A stretch of 64,000 bases of DNA from a virus, in the IMG/VR virus record IMGVR_UViG_3300032223_002658, positions 23,472 to 87,471 of that record; one strand, given 5' to 3'. Shown piece by piece: positions 1 through 10,257 of this stretch. Position 1 is the first letter of the stretch; each line of letters begins with the position of its first letter. The notes under the pieces were generated by a model that saw only the letters and a list, made by a program, of their open reading frames with translations, made no database searches and was not told the DNA's origin. Both the position numbers and the translations under genes were made by a program.

Positions 1-638
1 AATGCAAATTTAATTGTTGGATCTATACTTTCAACAATAGATTTGACTTTAGTCCATTCTGTATATCCACAAAACTGATCTCTTTGAGCAAGAGCATTAA
101 CAATGTATAATACATATTTTGTCTTTCCGCTTTCAAATGCTCCAGTCCATCCCACAAAGTCATTTGTTCTTATTCCATGCTTAACAACTGTTGCATTTTC
201 AATGCCCCATGATTTTTTGTTATGCTCTGTTATAAAAACGTTTATATCAGCTTTAAATGAAAGCATTGCTTCCATTGTTCTTTGATCCCAGTTTTTTAAC
301 TGTGGTTCAATGTGCTCCAAATGAACTATTGGAAGTCTCAAGGCTTTGGCAATTTCTGTGGCAAATTGTATCTGACCAAATCTTTCTTGAGACAGTATGA
401 AATCAATATCATATTCCGTATCAGATATTGCATTATACTCATATGTTCTTTGTGGAAGTGGCTTAAAACGCCGATCCCACTGTTTTGTTCCAGCCCCCCT
501 GTTTATTAGAAAGAATTCGTGACTAGTTGCCAAGGCCAAATTTGTTTGGTATGCCTCATGCGTTGCAAAAGTAAGTATCTTATACTTTTTCTTTGGCGTT
601 CTGTTAATTTTATTTGCTATTGTGATTAATGGATTCAT
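1..638 (-). CDS. GT-B (GT4-like) glycosyltransferase, truncated by the window edge
   Basis: Hand translation from ATG 638 (ATGA overlap with the upstream gene): MNPLITIANKINRTPKKKYKILTFATHEAYQ...VFITEHNKKSW...VVKHGI; open to position 1. Confidence 0.75.
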   Translation of the reverse strand, partial: MNPLITIANKINRTPKKKYKILTFATHEAYQTNLALATSHEFFLINRGAGTKQWDRRFKPLPQRTYEYNAISDTEYDIDFILSQERFGQIQFATEIAKALRLPIVHLEHIEPQLKNWDQRTMEAMLSFKADINVFITEHNKKSWGIENATVVKHGIRTNDFVGWTGAFESGKTKYVLYIVNALAQRDQFCGYTEWTKVKSIVESIDPTIKFA

Positions 639-1747
639 TTTGATGACAAAGCCTCTACTAGTTTTGGACCAACAGCCTCATAGGAAAACTTGTTAACCAT
701 CTTTGTATAGTTTTCATTTGCGGTGTTTTTATATTCACCATTTGCTGCCCTACGCATTTTTTCCATCATTTCCCACAAAGATCCTTCCATCCACCATTCT
801 TTATGGGAATAAAGTCCAGGGACAATTGCATTTTTGGCCATTGCAAATACCGGTTTCTTGATCATAGATTTGACTGTTGGCTCATAATCCAAGTCAAACA
901 TCTTCGATATGCCATTCCAGTGAGTTGCTATAACCGGCTTCTTGAATGCCGCTGCATCAAATGCTGGTATGCACTCGCCTTCTCCTCGTGAAGCAGTAAC
1001 ATAACAATCGAAGTTTTGATGCATCCCCAAGATCTCTCTTTCAGATAAAACGTCTGTCATTACGACTATCTTTGGATAATCTTTTTCAGATCTCTTGATT
1101 TCCGACTTTACAGATGATATCGCTTCTTTTATGAAATGCAAAGACTCTTCTGGATTTTTACCATCAACGTAAGTCTTGATTATAAGAGAAACGTTGTCTC
1201 TAGAAGAAAATTCAGACAAAAATGCTGTTACGGTACTTGCAATATTCTTTCTGTATGAGTAGTCTGATATCGTATAAAATTTATATGTGTCTTTTATTTC
1301 ATCTGGAATTGGAGGAGCTTCATATGATTGGTCGTACTTTGTGAAATCGCTTGGGCGTGTAACCTCTCTAAGAATCGATTTTACACCAGATTCTTGAGCT
1401 GCAGCAATTTGATCTTGCGTAGTCATCCAAACTTCATCCATCAAATTACATGAATACTGCCAACCAGAAGATCTGAACGAGCTGCTCTCCCAATAAAATA
1501 AACCAATATTTTTAACTCCAGCTATTCTGACAAAACTGTTAGGAATTGTTTGTTGTATCACAACATCCACATTATCAAGATCGCATCTGACTTGAATGTC
1601 TTTGTCTATGACAACAGGTCTTGAATTAAGCGTGAACCATGTTGGAACAACATCAACTCCATATTTTGACATGCACTTTATGAAATCCCTTGCTGAATTT
1701 CCATATCCAGTGCCATCACGATAAACAGATAAATATGCTACTTTCAT
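635..1747 (-). CDS. GT4 glycosyltransferase
   Basis: DGTGYG N-terminal loop; DCYVTASRGEGECIPAFDA donor-binding motif. Confidence 0.85.
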   Translation of the reverse strand: MKVAYLSVYRDGTGYGNSARDFIKCMSKYGVDVVPTWFTLNSRPVVIDKDIQVRCDLDNVDVVIQQTIPNSFVRIAGVKNIGLFYWESSSFRSSGWQYSCNLMDEVWMTTQDQIAAAQESGVKSILREVTRPSDFTKYDQSYEAPPIPDEIKDTYKFYTISDYSYRKNIASTVTAFLSEFSSRDNVSLIIKTYVDGKNPEESLHFIKEAISSVKSEIKRSEKDYPKIVVMTDVLSEREILGMHQNFDCYVTASRGEGECIPAFDAAAFKKPVIATHWNGISKMFDLDYEPTVKSMIKKPVFAMAKNAIVPGLYSHKEWWMEGSLWEMMEKMRRAANGEYKNTANENYTKMVNKFSYEAVGPKLVEALSSK

Positions 1748-3405
1748 ATTACCACCGTATTTCTGCTTTTTGTTTGCTGATGACCTTCAGTATTAACCAT
1801 AAACCTGTGTTGCTCAAACATGTTTCTATCATGTATCTCCTTTTGCATGATTTGATTGAGCTTATTTATATCTATGTCGTGATTTGACAAAGCACCATTT
1901 TTGTTCATTACATCGGCAATGTTTCCCATCTGGAAAGATGTTTTTTGCATTGTTCCAGGCGTGAAATATTGAGAAGCAATTTTACATATTGTAGCCGCAT
2001 CCATACAATCATCAGCTTGCAAATTGACATATTGAGACATCTTTGGTGGCGCAAACCATCTGAATGGATTTTTTGTTTCAATTGAGTCAAATATCCTTGA
2101 CCATTTTTCAGCAAATCCATCGCTTGAATGAAAGTGTTCTGCTGTTTCTCTAGCCAATGAAGACAAGAACTCCTTCTTTTCCTTTGTTTCTTTTAGATAT
2201 GATGTCATCATTTCAGACAGGTGACTATCGTCTGGTATTGCTCTTATTTGACTTGTCTCTCTTGTTGACTCCTGTCTCCATCCAGATATGCGGGTTTGTC
2301 CATATCCACCACCAAGTCTGGCAAGTTCATATGGTGCGGCATAGTCAGTTGATATAACTGGAATGCCGCAAGCTTTCGCTTCTATAATTGGAATTTCAAG
2401 AGCGCCAGCAACGCTGTGCTGAATATAAAGATCTGCAATGTTGTATATTTTTGCAAGCTCTTCTCTTGTTGAGCCATTCGATGTATTTGCCATAGCGCAA
2501 GCTTTTTGCCCACACTTTTCACAATATTTTCTATCACCAGCGTAGAATCCTGGAGTTGATTTTTTGCAAACTTGGCAATAATATGTCACTATTACTCTTG
2601 ATCCAACGCCATACCGTATTATTTCTTTTGGTATGTCAAATCCACAATCAGGATTTCCAGTGTGCAAATATAGATATGTCTTGTCAGCTATTTCATTGAG
2701 TCCCTGTTTGTATAGGGAATCTATGGTGTCTGAAAAAGCTTTTATTAGCCCAGGAAAAAGTTTTCTTGGCTGGTTACGCATTACAGTCATTATTATGTTT
2801 GCGTCTTCCGATATTCCATACTCAGCACGTATAGTTTTCTTGTCCATTACTTTGAATGTCTCAAGATCGACACCAGGCATTGTATTTAAAGAGCAAACAT
2901 TAAGTTTTCCATTGCCATATTTGGACAATACGCTCAAGCCCCAGTCTGTATATGAGGTAAGAAGATCTACTGTTGAGAATGTTGATAGCCATTCATCTCT
3001 TGGTGGCTCAGAGTCAACACACACAGACCAAATATACGTGTAATAAGGTCTTGATGGAGACTTGGTTATAAATTCATCGTGCCAATAATCTCTGTATGAG
3101 AAAACTATATCGGGTTTGAATTCGTTTACAGCAGCCTCAAATCGCAATGATCCAAACTGAGCTGTTTGATATTCTTGTTGAAATCTCTGCATTTCTGCAG
3201 AGCCTTGAGTAGGAACAACTGGAAAAACCTTCCACGGAAGTGTTTTTACTCTTGGATCATCGTCAGAAATATAAGACGCAAGCTCAGCGACCTCATACTT
3301 TCCAGATTTATGAAGTCTAGAAAGCAGATCGTATGCCATAACAGAAAAGCCTGTGTTTAACAGGCTGAATTCACTCACTAACAGTATTCTTTTTTTATTG
3401 CTCAC
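1744..3405 (-). CDS. GT4 glycosyltransferase with inserted Zn ribbon
   Basis: LNTGFS, RNQPRK, YNIADLY..GALEIPIIEAKACG; insert CQVC..CEKC; likely GTG start at 3405 (track gives 3423). Confidence 0.85.
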   Translation of the reverse strand: MSNKKRILLVSEFSLLNTGFSVMAYDLLSRLHKSGKYEVAELASYISDDDPRVKTLPWKVFPVVPTQGSAEMQRFQQEYQTAQFGSLRFEAAVNEFKPDIVFSYRDYWHDEFITKSPSRPYYTYIWSVCVDSEPPRDEWLSTFSTVDLLTSYTDWGLSVLSKYGNGKLNVCSLNTMPGVDLETFKVMDKKTIRAEYGISEDANIIMTVMRNQPRKLFPGLIKAFSDTIDSLYKQGLNEIADKTYLYLHTGNPDCGFDIPKEIIRYGVGSRVIVTYYCQVCKKSTPGFYAGDRKYCEKCGQKACAMANTSNGSTREELAKIYNIADLYIQHSVAGALEIPIIEAKACGIPVISTDYAAPYELARLGGGYGQTRISGWRQESTRETSQIRAIPDDSHLSEMMTSYLKETKEKKEFLSSLARETAEHFHSSDGFAEKWSRIFDSIETKNPFRWFAPPKMSQYVNLQADDCMDAATICKIASQYFTPGTMQKTSFQMGNIADVMNKNGALSNHDIDINKLNQIMQKEIHDRNMFEQHRFMVNTEGHQQTKSRNTVVI

Positions 3406-3568
3406 CGGTTGTAAATCCTTCAAATTTTCCTAAATTTCGAGATGCTTTTGTTTTATTGTCCATCTCTTTTGCAATATCATCAGCCAAAGTATCAAGAAGG
3501 CCAGGGGCCTGTAATAAACCCCTGGCCTTCAAGATCTCAAGAACTTTTAAGATTTTAATTGATGACAT
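3395..3568 (-). CDS. small hypothetical protein (57 aa)
   Basis: Hand translation MSSIKILKVLEILKARGLLQAPGLLDTLADDIAKEMDNK...; TAATG coupling to ssb; fills the gap between genes. Confidence 0.55.
   Translation of the reverse strand: MSSIKILKVLEILKARGLLQAPGLLDTLADDIAKEMDNKTKASRNLGKFEGFTTGEQ
3496..3530. terminator. 12-bp GC-rich hairpin downstream of ssb
   Basis: GAAGGCCAGGGG-N11-CCCCTGGCCTTC perfect inverted repeat; weak U-tract. Confidence 0.5.
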
Positions 3569-4002
3569 TAGAATGGAATGTCTTCAAGATTCTTTTCACT
3601 GCTTTTGCCAGAACTTACCTTCTTTGAAGGCTTCTGTACTGACTTTTCTGATGACTGAGCGTTATCAGAATTTCTTCTCTGCAGGAATTCAAAATCCTCA
3701 ATGCTTACGAGAATCTTGCTTCTCTTTTCACCGTCCTTGTTTTCCCAATTTTCTTGCTTAAGGTGACCCTCAACGAGAATTGGATCTGACTTCTTGACAT
3801 ACTCAGCGATTACGCCAGCTCTTGGACCCCACATTTCACAATCAATATACGTGGTGTCTTCCTTCTTTTCGCCAGACTTTGTGGTGTAGCGTCTGTTGAT
3901 CGCCATTCTAAAGCGAACAACATTATTGCTTTCACCGATTTCCTTTAGTTCTGGATCTGTTACTAAGTTACCTACTAATACGACTTTGTTGAAATTTGAC
4001 AT
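3568..4002 (-). CDS. ssb: single-stranded DNA-binding protein
   Basis: NKVVLVGNLVTDPEL OB fold; acidic C-terminal EDIPF tail. Confidence 0.95.
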   Translation of the reverse strand: MSNFNKVVLVGNLVTDPELKEIGESNNVVRFRMAINRRYTTKSGEKKEDTTYIDCEMWGPRAGVIAEYVKKSDPILVEGHLKQENWENKDGEKRSKILVSIEDFEFLQRRNSDNAQSSEKSVQKPSKKVSSGKSSEKNLEDIPF

Positions 4003-4050
4003 GTTTTACCTGTGTTATATTCTAGAACGATTATTTGTGTTTTTAATCAA

Positions 4051-5586
4051 TCAATTTATTTCTATTAAAGATTCTACGCACCATCCACTTCCTGTCCCTT
4101 TAATTGTCAACTCATATTTACCATCCTTTCTTATCTTATTTTTATATTTAGCATAAGCGCTTGGAAACATAACCATTCTTATGCTTCCAGTCGCGTCAGC
4201 AATATTCAATTGACACATTTCTTGACCAGGGTTTTCGCCCTTTTTTGTGACAGTGAATTCAACATCAACCACGGATGCTATTACTCTTTTTGCAACACCT
4301 CTATTGTTTCTTAGCATCCTATAGCAGTCCTTACAAGTAAACTCAGTTATATCTTTGTAAGAATCAACGGCGCTGCAAGTCATAGATATTCCAAGAAGCT
4401 CCTGCTCATTTAATGCTTTCCAGTCAGATGTATCTGTTGATTTTACATCGATGGCCTCGGCTTCAGATTTCACAATCTGCTTTCTTGGCTTTGTACTTAC
4501 CATAACAGCACAGTCTAACATTGCTTTTTTAATTATATCAACAGAATTTCCGTCAGAAATATTTTCAATTATGTATTTTGTCTCTCTTACTGTGAGTTGA
4601 TTCATTGCCGAAACAACATCAAGCATGCATTTTCTTGAAAGCCCATAACAATCACATGCACCGCTCTTGATCAAAGACTCCACACCAAGAGATCGAATAG
4701 AATCGTTTTCTCTAAAAGAAAGTTTGATGAACTGAGAGAATGTTGAAGGACGCTCATTATTTATAATAGACCAATCCTTTTCGCCAAATTGTTTGATATG
4801 GCAAAGGCCATATATGATTGAGCTTTTACCATCTTTATTTAAAATCTTGAAGTCTTTTGATGACTCAATGATTGAGGGTGGTATGATTGATATGCCGTTC
4901 ATCTTTGCCTCATTAATCATATCATGAAGCTCTTCTCTTGGCTTTTGTCTAGCTTTAGAATATGTCAAATATGTGCAGTAAAATTCGTAAGGAAAGTTCG
5001 CTTTTAGATACGCTGTGCGATATGACCAAACAGCATATTTTTTTGCATGAGCATCGTTGAAAGCATATCTTCCTGCGCTCTCAATCATGGAGAACAGCTT
5101 TTCAGCCAAATCTTTGTCTTTTCCATTTTTAATACATCCATTGACAAATTTTTCTCTCAGATCATTAATGACTTTATAGTCTTTTTTACCGATGCCTTTT
5201 CTTAGTTTGTCTACAATTACCAATCTATCAATATATGGAAAATCTCTCCAAGCTATTTCTCCACCAAATTTCATTAGCTGCTCTTGATAAATAAGAACAC
5301 CCATAGTTGGATTCAAAATGCGATCAACATCGTCATCGCCAAATTTATTCGGCGGTTCTTTTCCATTTTTTACTCTAGAATACATTTCAGTCATGCCTGA
5401 TTCAAGACATGCTGGTCTAATTAAAGCAAGAACAGCACTAAGCTCATTTATGTTCTTTGGTTTAATCTTTGATGCCCACTGCTTTCCAAGCTCACTTTCA
5501 AGTTGAAAAACACCGCCAGTATTTCCAGACTGTATGAGCTTCCACGTTTTTTCGTTTTTAAAATTAATTGCGTCTATGTCAAGCAT
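4051..5586 (-). CDS. dnaE: DNA polymerase III alpha, C-terminal half (fingers, HhH, OB)
   Basis: GVFQLES, ALIRP, GVLIYQEQLM, YAFNDAHA, YLKANFP, EQELLG motifs. Confidence 0.93.
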   Translation of the reverse strand: MLDIDAINFKNEKTWKLIQSGNTGGVFQLESELGKQWASKIKPKNINELSAVLALIRPACLESGMTEMYSRVKNGKEPPNKFGDDDVDRILNPTMGVLIYQEQLMKFGGEIAWRDFPYIDRLVIVDKLRKGIGKKDYKVINDLREKFVNGCIKNGKDKDLAEKLFSMIESAGRYAFNDAHAKKYAVWSYRTAYLKANFPYEFYCTYLTYSKARQKPREELHDMINEAKMNGISIIPPSIIESSKDFKILNKDGKSSIIYGLCHIKQFGEKDWSIINNERPSTFSQFIKLSFRENDSIRSLGVESLIKSGACDCYGLSRKCMLDVVSAMNQLTVRETKYIIENISDGNSVDIIKKAMLDCAVMVSTKPRKQIVKSEAEAIDVKSTDTSDWKALNEQELLGISMTCSAVDSYKDITEFTCKDCYRMLRNNRGVAKRVIASVVDVEFTVTKKGENPGQEMCQLNIADATGSIRMVMFPSAYAKYKNKIRKDGKYELTIKGTGSGWCVESLIEIN

Positions 5587-6220
5587 TGTTGGTTATCTTG
5601 ATTTTAGGTCTGATCTTAAAGTTCATAAATGACATGTATCGCTTAAACATTTCTGCTGTTATTAGAACATCTTCAAGAGCGTCATGTGTATCTGAAGTGC
5701 GCTTCATTCCTAAAAGTTCTGCATAAGTATCAAGTCTATTATTTTTCAGATTGTCTCTTCCAAATATTGAAAACATCAGAGGCATCATGTCAAGTTTTAT
5801 ATTTGACCACGGGCAATCGTTTCTGCCATTAATGATCTTGTATTTTCTCATCCAATATTCAACAAACTTATCATCAAATCCAGTATTGTTAAAGCCAACA
5901 ACTATTGGATAGTTCCATGGGTTTTCCGATGGGTTCGATATAGCAAGATACTCTTTAAATTTTCTTAGCGCTGTTTTTGGATGCACACCATTTTCTTTTG
6001 CATTAGTCCACAGGCTTTCTCCGATTACCTCTATTGCTTTTGCGTCTGCTTTTTCAGGACTTTGTGGTTGTACGATCACTGTAAATGGCTCAATGGTATT
6101 TGAAACCTCATAATCAGAATAGTTCAATGTTACTGCTGCTATTTGGACTATTTCGGCGCCATTTTCATAATCAAGGCCGCTTGTTTCAATATCATAAACA
6201 ACGAAATTTCTTTTATTCAC
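5579..6220 (-). CDS. DEDDh 3'-5' exonuclease (DnaQ/epsilon-like)
   Basis: YDIETSG, GFNNTGFDD, HDALED; 8-nt overlap with dnaE-C. Confidence 0.9.
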   Translation of the reverse strand: MNKRNFVVYDIETSGLDYENGAEIVQIAAVTLNYSDYEVSNTIEPFTVIVQPQSPEKADAKAIEVIGESLWTNAKENGVHPKTALRKFKEYLAISNPSENPWNYPIVVGFNNTGFDDKFVEYWMRKYKIINGRNDCPWSNIKLDMMPLMFSIFGRDNLKNNRLDTYAELLGMKRTSDTHDALEDVLITAEMFKRYMSFMNFKIRPKIKITNNA

Positions 6221-6225
6221 ATTCG

Positions 6226-6243
6226 ATTGTAGGTGTGGTGTAT
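6226..6243. promoter_or_regulatory. back-to-back promoters: TACAAT -10 box (minus) and GTGTAT motif (plus)
   Basis: attgta 6226-6231 lies 5 nt from the exonuclease GTG; gtgtat 6238-6243 lies 14 nt before ATG 6252. Confidence 0.6.
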
Positions 6244-6251
6244 TAGTATTG

Positions 6252-6878
6252 ATGGGTTCTAGCGATCAAGTCATAAAAAAACATTTAAACGCTGTAGCTA
6301 AACAGGTTGTTGGTCCTCCAACTAGAACTAGACCTGATGAACCAAATATGCCATTAGAAACAAGTCCAGGATCGTGGACAGATACAACACCATCATCGTG
6401 GCAATTTTCGATTCAAGATCTTTTGGCGGCTCTTTATAACGGAATAACATCTTTGAGACTGTATATTGAAAGATGGCTTGTTAGTCTCGGAATGTCAAGA
6501 AATGTTGCAAAAATAATAACTCTTAATTTAACACTAAGCGCAGAAACTATATTTCAGTTTGCTTACTGGGTTATAAGACCACAAACAACAAATCTGCCAA
6601 GAGAGTTATTTCTTAGTTTGCTGGGGTCAATTTTGGATGCAATAAGTCCAACCGGACGTACTGGGATTGATGATGCCGCATGGGATACGTTTTATTATTT
6701 TGATCATAGAGGGGTATTTTTCTTTGGCGATATTGTGGCAGCTATACAAAGAGGATGGACAATAAATCAAATAATAGAGTGGCTACAATTTTTGATCTCA
6801 AAGGGAAACGACTATTACTATAATTGGCCAGATACTCCAGAGCAAGCTCAAGAAGAAATGGATTTATACAAAGATTAA
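6252..6878 (+). CDS. leader-bearing hypothetical protein with bacteriocin-like amphipathic C-terminus
   Basis: ORF behind a GTGTAT motif; IVAAIQRGWTINQIIEWL segment. Confidence 0.7.
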   Translation: MGSSDQVIKKHLNAVAKQVVGPPTRTRPDEPNMPLETSPGSWTDTTPSSWQFSIQDLLAALYNGITSLRLYIERWLVSLGMSRNVAKIITLNLTLSAETIFQFAYWVIRPQTTNLPRELFLSLLGSILDAISPTGRTGIDDAAWDTFYYFDHRGVFFFGDIVAAIQRGWTINQIIEWLQFLISKGNDYYYNWPDTPEQAQEEMDLYKD

Positions 6879-6886
6879 GGTAAAAA

Positions 6887-7270
6887 ATGTCAATAGAAAA
6901 ATCAATAGCAAAGTTTATATCAAAATTACAAAATACACCAACTTCTTTGGAAAACACTGGTTCTCAATCTCGTCAGTGTAATAATCCAACAGCTTCTATT
7001 AATGAACTAGACAAGATAACGTATCCAAACACACCAAGAGGAGCTTGCTGCTCTCTTGGTTTATGTTTTGAAGATACTAGCGCTAAGAGCTGCAGCTGGA
7101 GGATTTCGGTACACGGAGCTAGTCAGGGTTATTGGTTTGAGGGACAGCGTTGCGTTGGAGAATCTATACTTTGTCATAATGCTCTTGAAAATGGTGGAAC
7201 AATACTGCAGCCAATGACAGAAAAAGAAGAAAGCGCTTATTTAAGAAATATAGGATGCATAAAATCTTAA
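6887..7270 (+). CDS. Cys-rich GACC-repeat protein with MSIEK leader
   Basis: RGACCSLGLCFEDTSAKSC..GYWFEGQRC; AAGGTAAAAA RBS-like sequence. Confidence 0.75.
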   Translation: MSIEKSIAKFISKLQNTPTSLENTGSQSRQCNNPTASINELDKITYPNTPRGACCSLGLCFEDTSAKSCSWRISVHGASQGYWFEGQRCVGESILCHNALENGGTILQPMTEKEESAYLRNIGCIKS

Positions 7271-7281
7271 CAGGTAAAATA

Positions 7282-7956
7282 ATGTCTATAGAACAATCAA
7301 TAAACAAATTGGTAAAAGCAGTAAATCAAACAGTTTTAGACAAAAAAATAACTCCAGAACAATATTTTGATGTAATTGCTTCGCCTTCATGCAAAAAACT
7401 TCTTGGTAAAGATGGTGCTCCAATTAAAAATCCGCCTATAAATGATATTTGTGATGCGCTAAATGACAATAATACATGGATTAATCCTAAAAAATGTCCA
7501 GCATTTAATCCAATTGGACATAAGTGCTCTCCATCAGAAGTATTTATGTCAGAAGAAAAAATTCCATCAAATGGAAAATTAATAACATCAAAAGATGTTG
7601 CCAGGGCATGTGAAAATTATGCAAATGCACAAGTGGCCGCAATAGACACAAGAGGCATGAGCCAATCTCAGATACAAGAAATAAAATCTAAAGCAAAATG
7701 CTCGTGCTACGACTATTCATTATATAGTCAGGAAAATGGCAGCGCTTGGCCAAAGGGAATAAAAGAGGCTTTAACAAATCCTGCGCCAAATAGTTTTATA
7801 CCAGCTATATATCCAGGGCATTTATCTATTCAAACATTAGATGCGTATAAAAATAATTGTAGCGCTTCACAAATTCATGATCTATGTATTGAAAATTCAA
7901 TAGTGGTTAGAGATTGGAATCGCGCTTGTGGATTAATTGCAGCGCCAGAAAATTAA
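7282..7956 (+). CDS. Cys-rich protein with MSIEQ leader
   Basis: Likely start 7282 (MSIEQSINKLVKAVNQ) after CAGGTAAAAT; about 10 Cys. Confidence 0.7.
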   Translation: MSIEQSINKLVKAVNQTVLDKKITPEQYFDVIASPSCKKLLGKDGAPIKNPPINDICDALNDNNTWINPKKCPAFNPIGHKCSPSEVFMSEEKIPSNGKLITSKDVARACENYANAQVAAIDTRGMSQSQIQEIKSKAKCSCYDYSLYSQENGSAWPKGIKEALTNPAPNSFIPAIYPGHLSIQTLDAYKNNCSASQIHDLCIENSIVVRDWNRACGLIAAPEN

Positions 7957-8588
7957 CTTGATTTAATTATAGTACGCTCAATATCAGCTGGAACTTTTTT
8001 AAACTCTCCCCTTAAGGAGGGTTTAATTTTTCTAAGTATGTTTTTATTTTTTTCCAAAGATTCACCATACCATTTGCCGGTTTTGCACAACAGCAAATAA
8101 TTGTATAATATTGCGGCGGCTTCTTTTTTGTATTGCCCAATATTTATTGGTAGGTTAAATTCTTTTATTGTCTTTATTGTGCGTCTTTCACAATTAAGCT
8201 CGCACATTATTGTTTTTCTGGTATAGATTTTTCTTAGTCTTTTATTGTAGGTTGCTTTTCCTGACTCCAGCATGGAAAGGTGGTAGTACGAATCACCACC
8301 GTTTCGCATGCTGGTGTCTTTGTATGTTTTGTCACCCTCTATCCACTGCATCATGTGAGAGTATTCATGAGCAAGCACAGAAACCCATTCTTCCTGAGTC
8401 TTTTCACCAGAAGCAACAACTAAAAGTTTTTTCTTTGGATGGTCATAAAAATATCCAGCACACAGAGAAGTTTCTCCTGGGCCTCGGACATTTTTTGATT
8501 TACTTATTTTTAATTTTACGCCGTGATTTCTAGCAACAGTTTTAACGTGTTTGATGAAGCGAGCGATGTTTTGATCTGCCTCTCTCAC
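7953..8588 (-). CDS. zincin-like metallopeptidase
   Basis: VLAHEYSHMMQW HExxH motif, downstream ELNCE; GTGTAT motif 14 nt upstream. Confidence 0.7.
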   Translation of the reverse strand: MREADQNIARFIKHVKTVARNHGVKLKISKSKNVRGPGETSLCAGYFYDHPKKKLLVVASGEKTQEEWVSVLAHEYSHMMQWIEGDKTYKDTSMRNGGDSYYHLSMLESGKATYNKRLRKIYTRKTIMCELNCERRTIKTIKEFNLPINIGQYKKEAAAILYNYLLLCKTGKWYGESLEKNKNILRKIKPSLRGEFKKVPADIERTIIKSS

Positions 8589-8596
8589 ATCCTATA

Positions 8597-8666
8597 ATAC
8601 ACTTGTGTGTAAATGCACCAAGTTTAAAACTCCACATACTTAAAGTTTCTTTTCTAGAAGGTGTAT
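8597..8666. promoter_or_regulatory. divergent pair of GTGTAT motifs (putative late promoters)
   Basis: atacac 8597-8602 (minus) and gtgtat 8661-8666 (plus), 14 and 16 nt from the start codons. Confidence 0.65.
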
Positions 8667-8676
8667 TAAAACTAGT

Positions 8677-10257
8677 ATGACAAAGATCAAGATAAAAAAC
8701 TCCACGACAGCATCTGGAGTGCCAATAAGCGGAAGTTTGTTACGGGGTGAGCTAGCAGTAAATATCACAGATAAACTGCTTTTTGTTGGTGACGCATCAG
8801 GAAATCCAGTACAAATCACAAACCAGGGTGGTGCCGGGGCTGGTGTTTCTTCTTTAACTAGTAACCCTAGCGGAGTTTACGTTTCACAATCAAGTGGCGC
8901 AGTGACTTTAGGTCTTCAGACAAATGTTTTTGTGAGTGGTTCTTTAAGTGCAAGCGGAGTTCTTGATGGTGATCAATCTGCCATAAATGTGTACGCTGCA
9001 CAAGGAACTGGTGGTTATTCTCAATGGATGAAATTTAAAGATTACGGTGGGTATTATTCAAAAATAATGGGTTCTTATGATGGTGCAATGTATTTTCAAA
9101 ACTCAGCCAACACTTGGAATTTTATTCCTAGCGGTGCTGCTGCTCAATCTGTTTCTTTAGATACTTCTGCGCTTACTGGATATATATTTAATAGCGCAAG
9201 TGTTGTGCAAATTGGAAATCAAAACACAACCATCATACTCAATTCCACAGGCGTAATTGCTACTGGAGATTTGCGCGCGAATCACTTTATAGGCGACTTG
9301 GTTGGTGCTGTTGTTAAAGAGTGTAAGTATACCGGAACTGGGACAGTACGAAGAGGAAATCCCATGTATATTACTGGTACTGTTGGTTCCAGCTATGTAA
9401 TAGAAGTGCAGACTGCTCAGGCGAATGATATTAACAAACTAGCCGCTGTTGGTGTGATAGAACAACCGCTTGCGGCAAATGCTACTGGTCATATAATTCT
9501 TAATGGATCATTAAAAGATTTTGATACATCATCATTTAACGTGGGGGATCTATTGTATGTTGGCGCAACTGGATGGATTACAAACATAAGACCAACTGGA
9601 GCGACACAGTTCGTTCAACCAGTTGGTCGTGTAGCAAGATCTCACCCAAATTTTGGTGAAATAATAGTAACAGTTCTTTCTGATGAGCAGCAGAATCCAA
9701 ATACCCTTGCTGCATCTGGAACACTTATACTTGGAACTCCAGATATTGTTACTCCACTTGCTGGCACAGGAACTGTGTTTAACACCAATGCCATTGCTAT
9801 AAATATGGGTGGAGCGGCGTCACAACTTTCATTTGGCGCGGCATCATCAACATCGACTTTTAAAGGCTCAATAAATGCTACGGGTTCAATTTTCAACAAT
9901 GGCCCAATCAATACCACAGGATATGTTTCTGCAGCAAGCGGATATCGTTTCACATCAAGCGCAGTAAACACTCAAACTGGTACTACTTATACTCTGCTAT
10001 CAACAGATGATGGCAGAGTAATAACGATGAGCAATGCAAGCACAATAACCGTAACAGTACCAACAGGATTGAATGTTGGTTTTAATACTACAGTTATTCA
10101 ACTTGGTGCTGGACAAGTAGTATTTGCAACAGGAGCAGGAAGCCCAACTCTTAACAGTTACGGATCTGCCTTGAAAATAACTGGTCAATACGGAGCCGCT
10201 TCAATTATTTCATACGCATCAAACTCATATAATCTAGCTGGAACACTATCAACATGA
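8677..10257 (+). CDS. tail fibre protein
   Basis: N-terminal KIKIKNSTT..GELAVNITDKLLFVG fibre anchor; Gly/Ser/Thr-rich; C-terminal TYTL..D.GRVIT..TVTVP..QLGAGQV module. Confidence 0.8.
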   Translation: MTKIKIKNSTTASGVPISGSLLRGELAVNITDKLLFVGDASGNPVQITNQGGAGAGVSSLTSNPSGVYVSQSSGAVTLGLQTNVFVSGSLSASGVLDGDQSAINVYAAQGTGGYSQWMKFKDYGGYYSKIMGSYDGAMYFQNSANTWNFIPSGAAAQSVSLDTSALTGYIFNSASVVQIGNQNTTIILNSTGVIATGDLRANHFIGDLVGAVVKECKYTGTGTVRRGNPMYITGTVGSSYVIEVQTAQANDINKLAAVGVIEQPLAANATGHIILNGSLKDFDTSSFNVGDLLYVGATGWITNIRPTGATQFVQPVGRVARSHPNFGEIIVTVLSDEQQNPNTLAASGTLILGTPDIVTPLAGTGTVFNTNAIAINMGGAASQLSFGAASSTSTFKGSINATGSIFNNGPINTTGYVSAASGYRFTSSAVNTQTGTTYTLLSTDDGRVITMSNASTITVTVPTGLNVGFNTTVIQLGAGQVVFATGAGSPTLNSYGSALKITGQYGAASIISYASNSYNLAGTLST

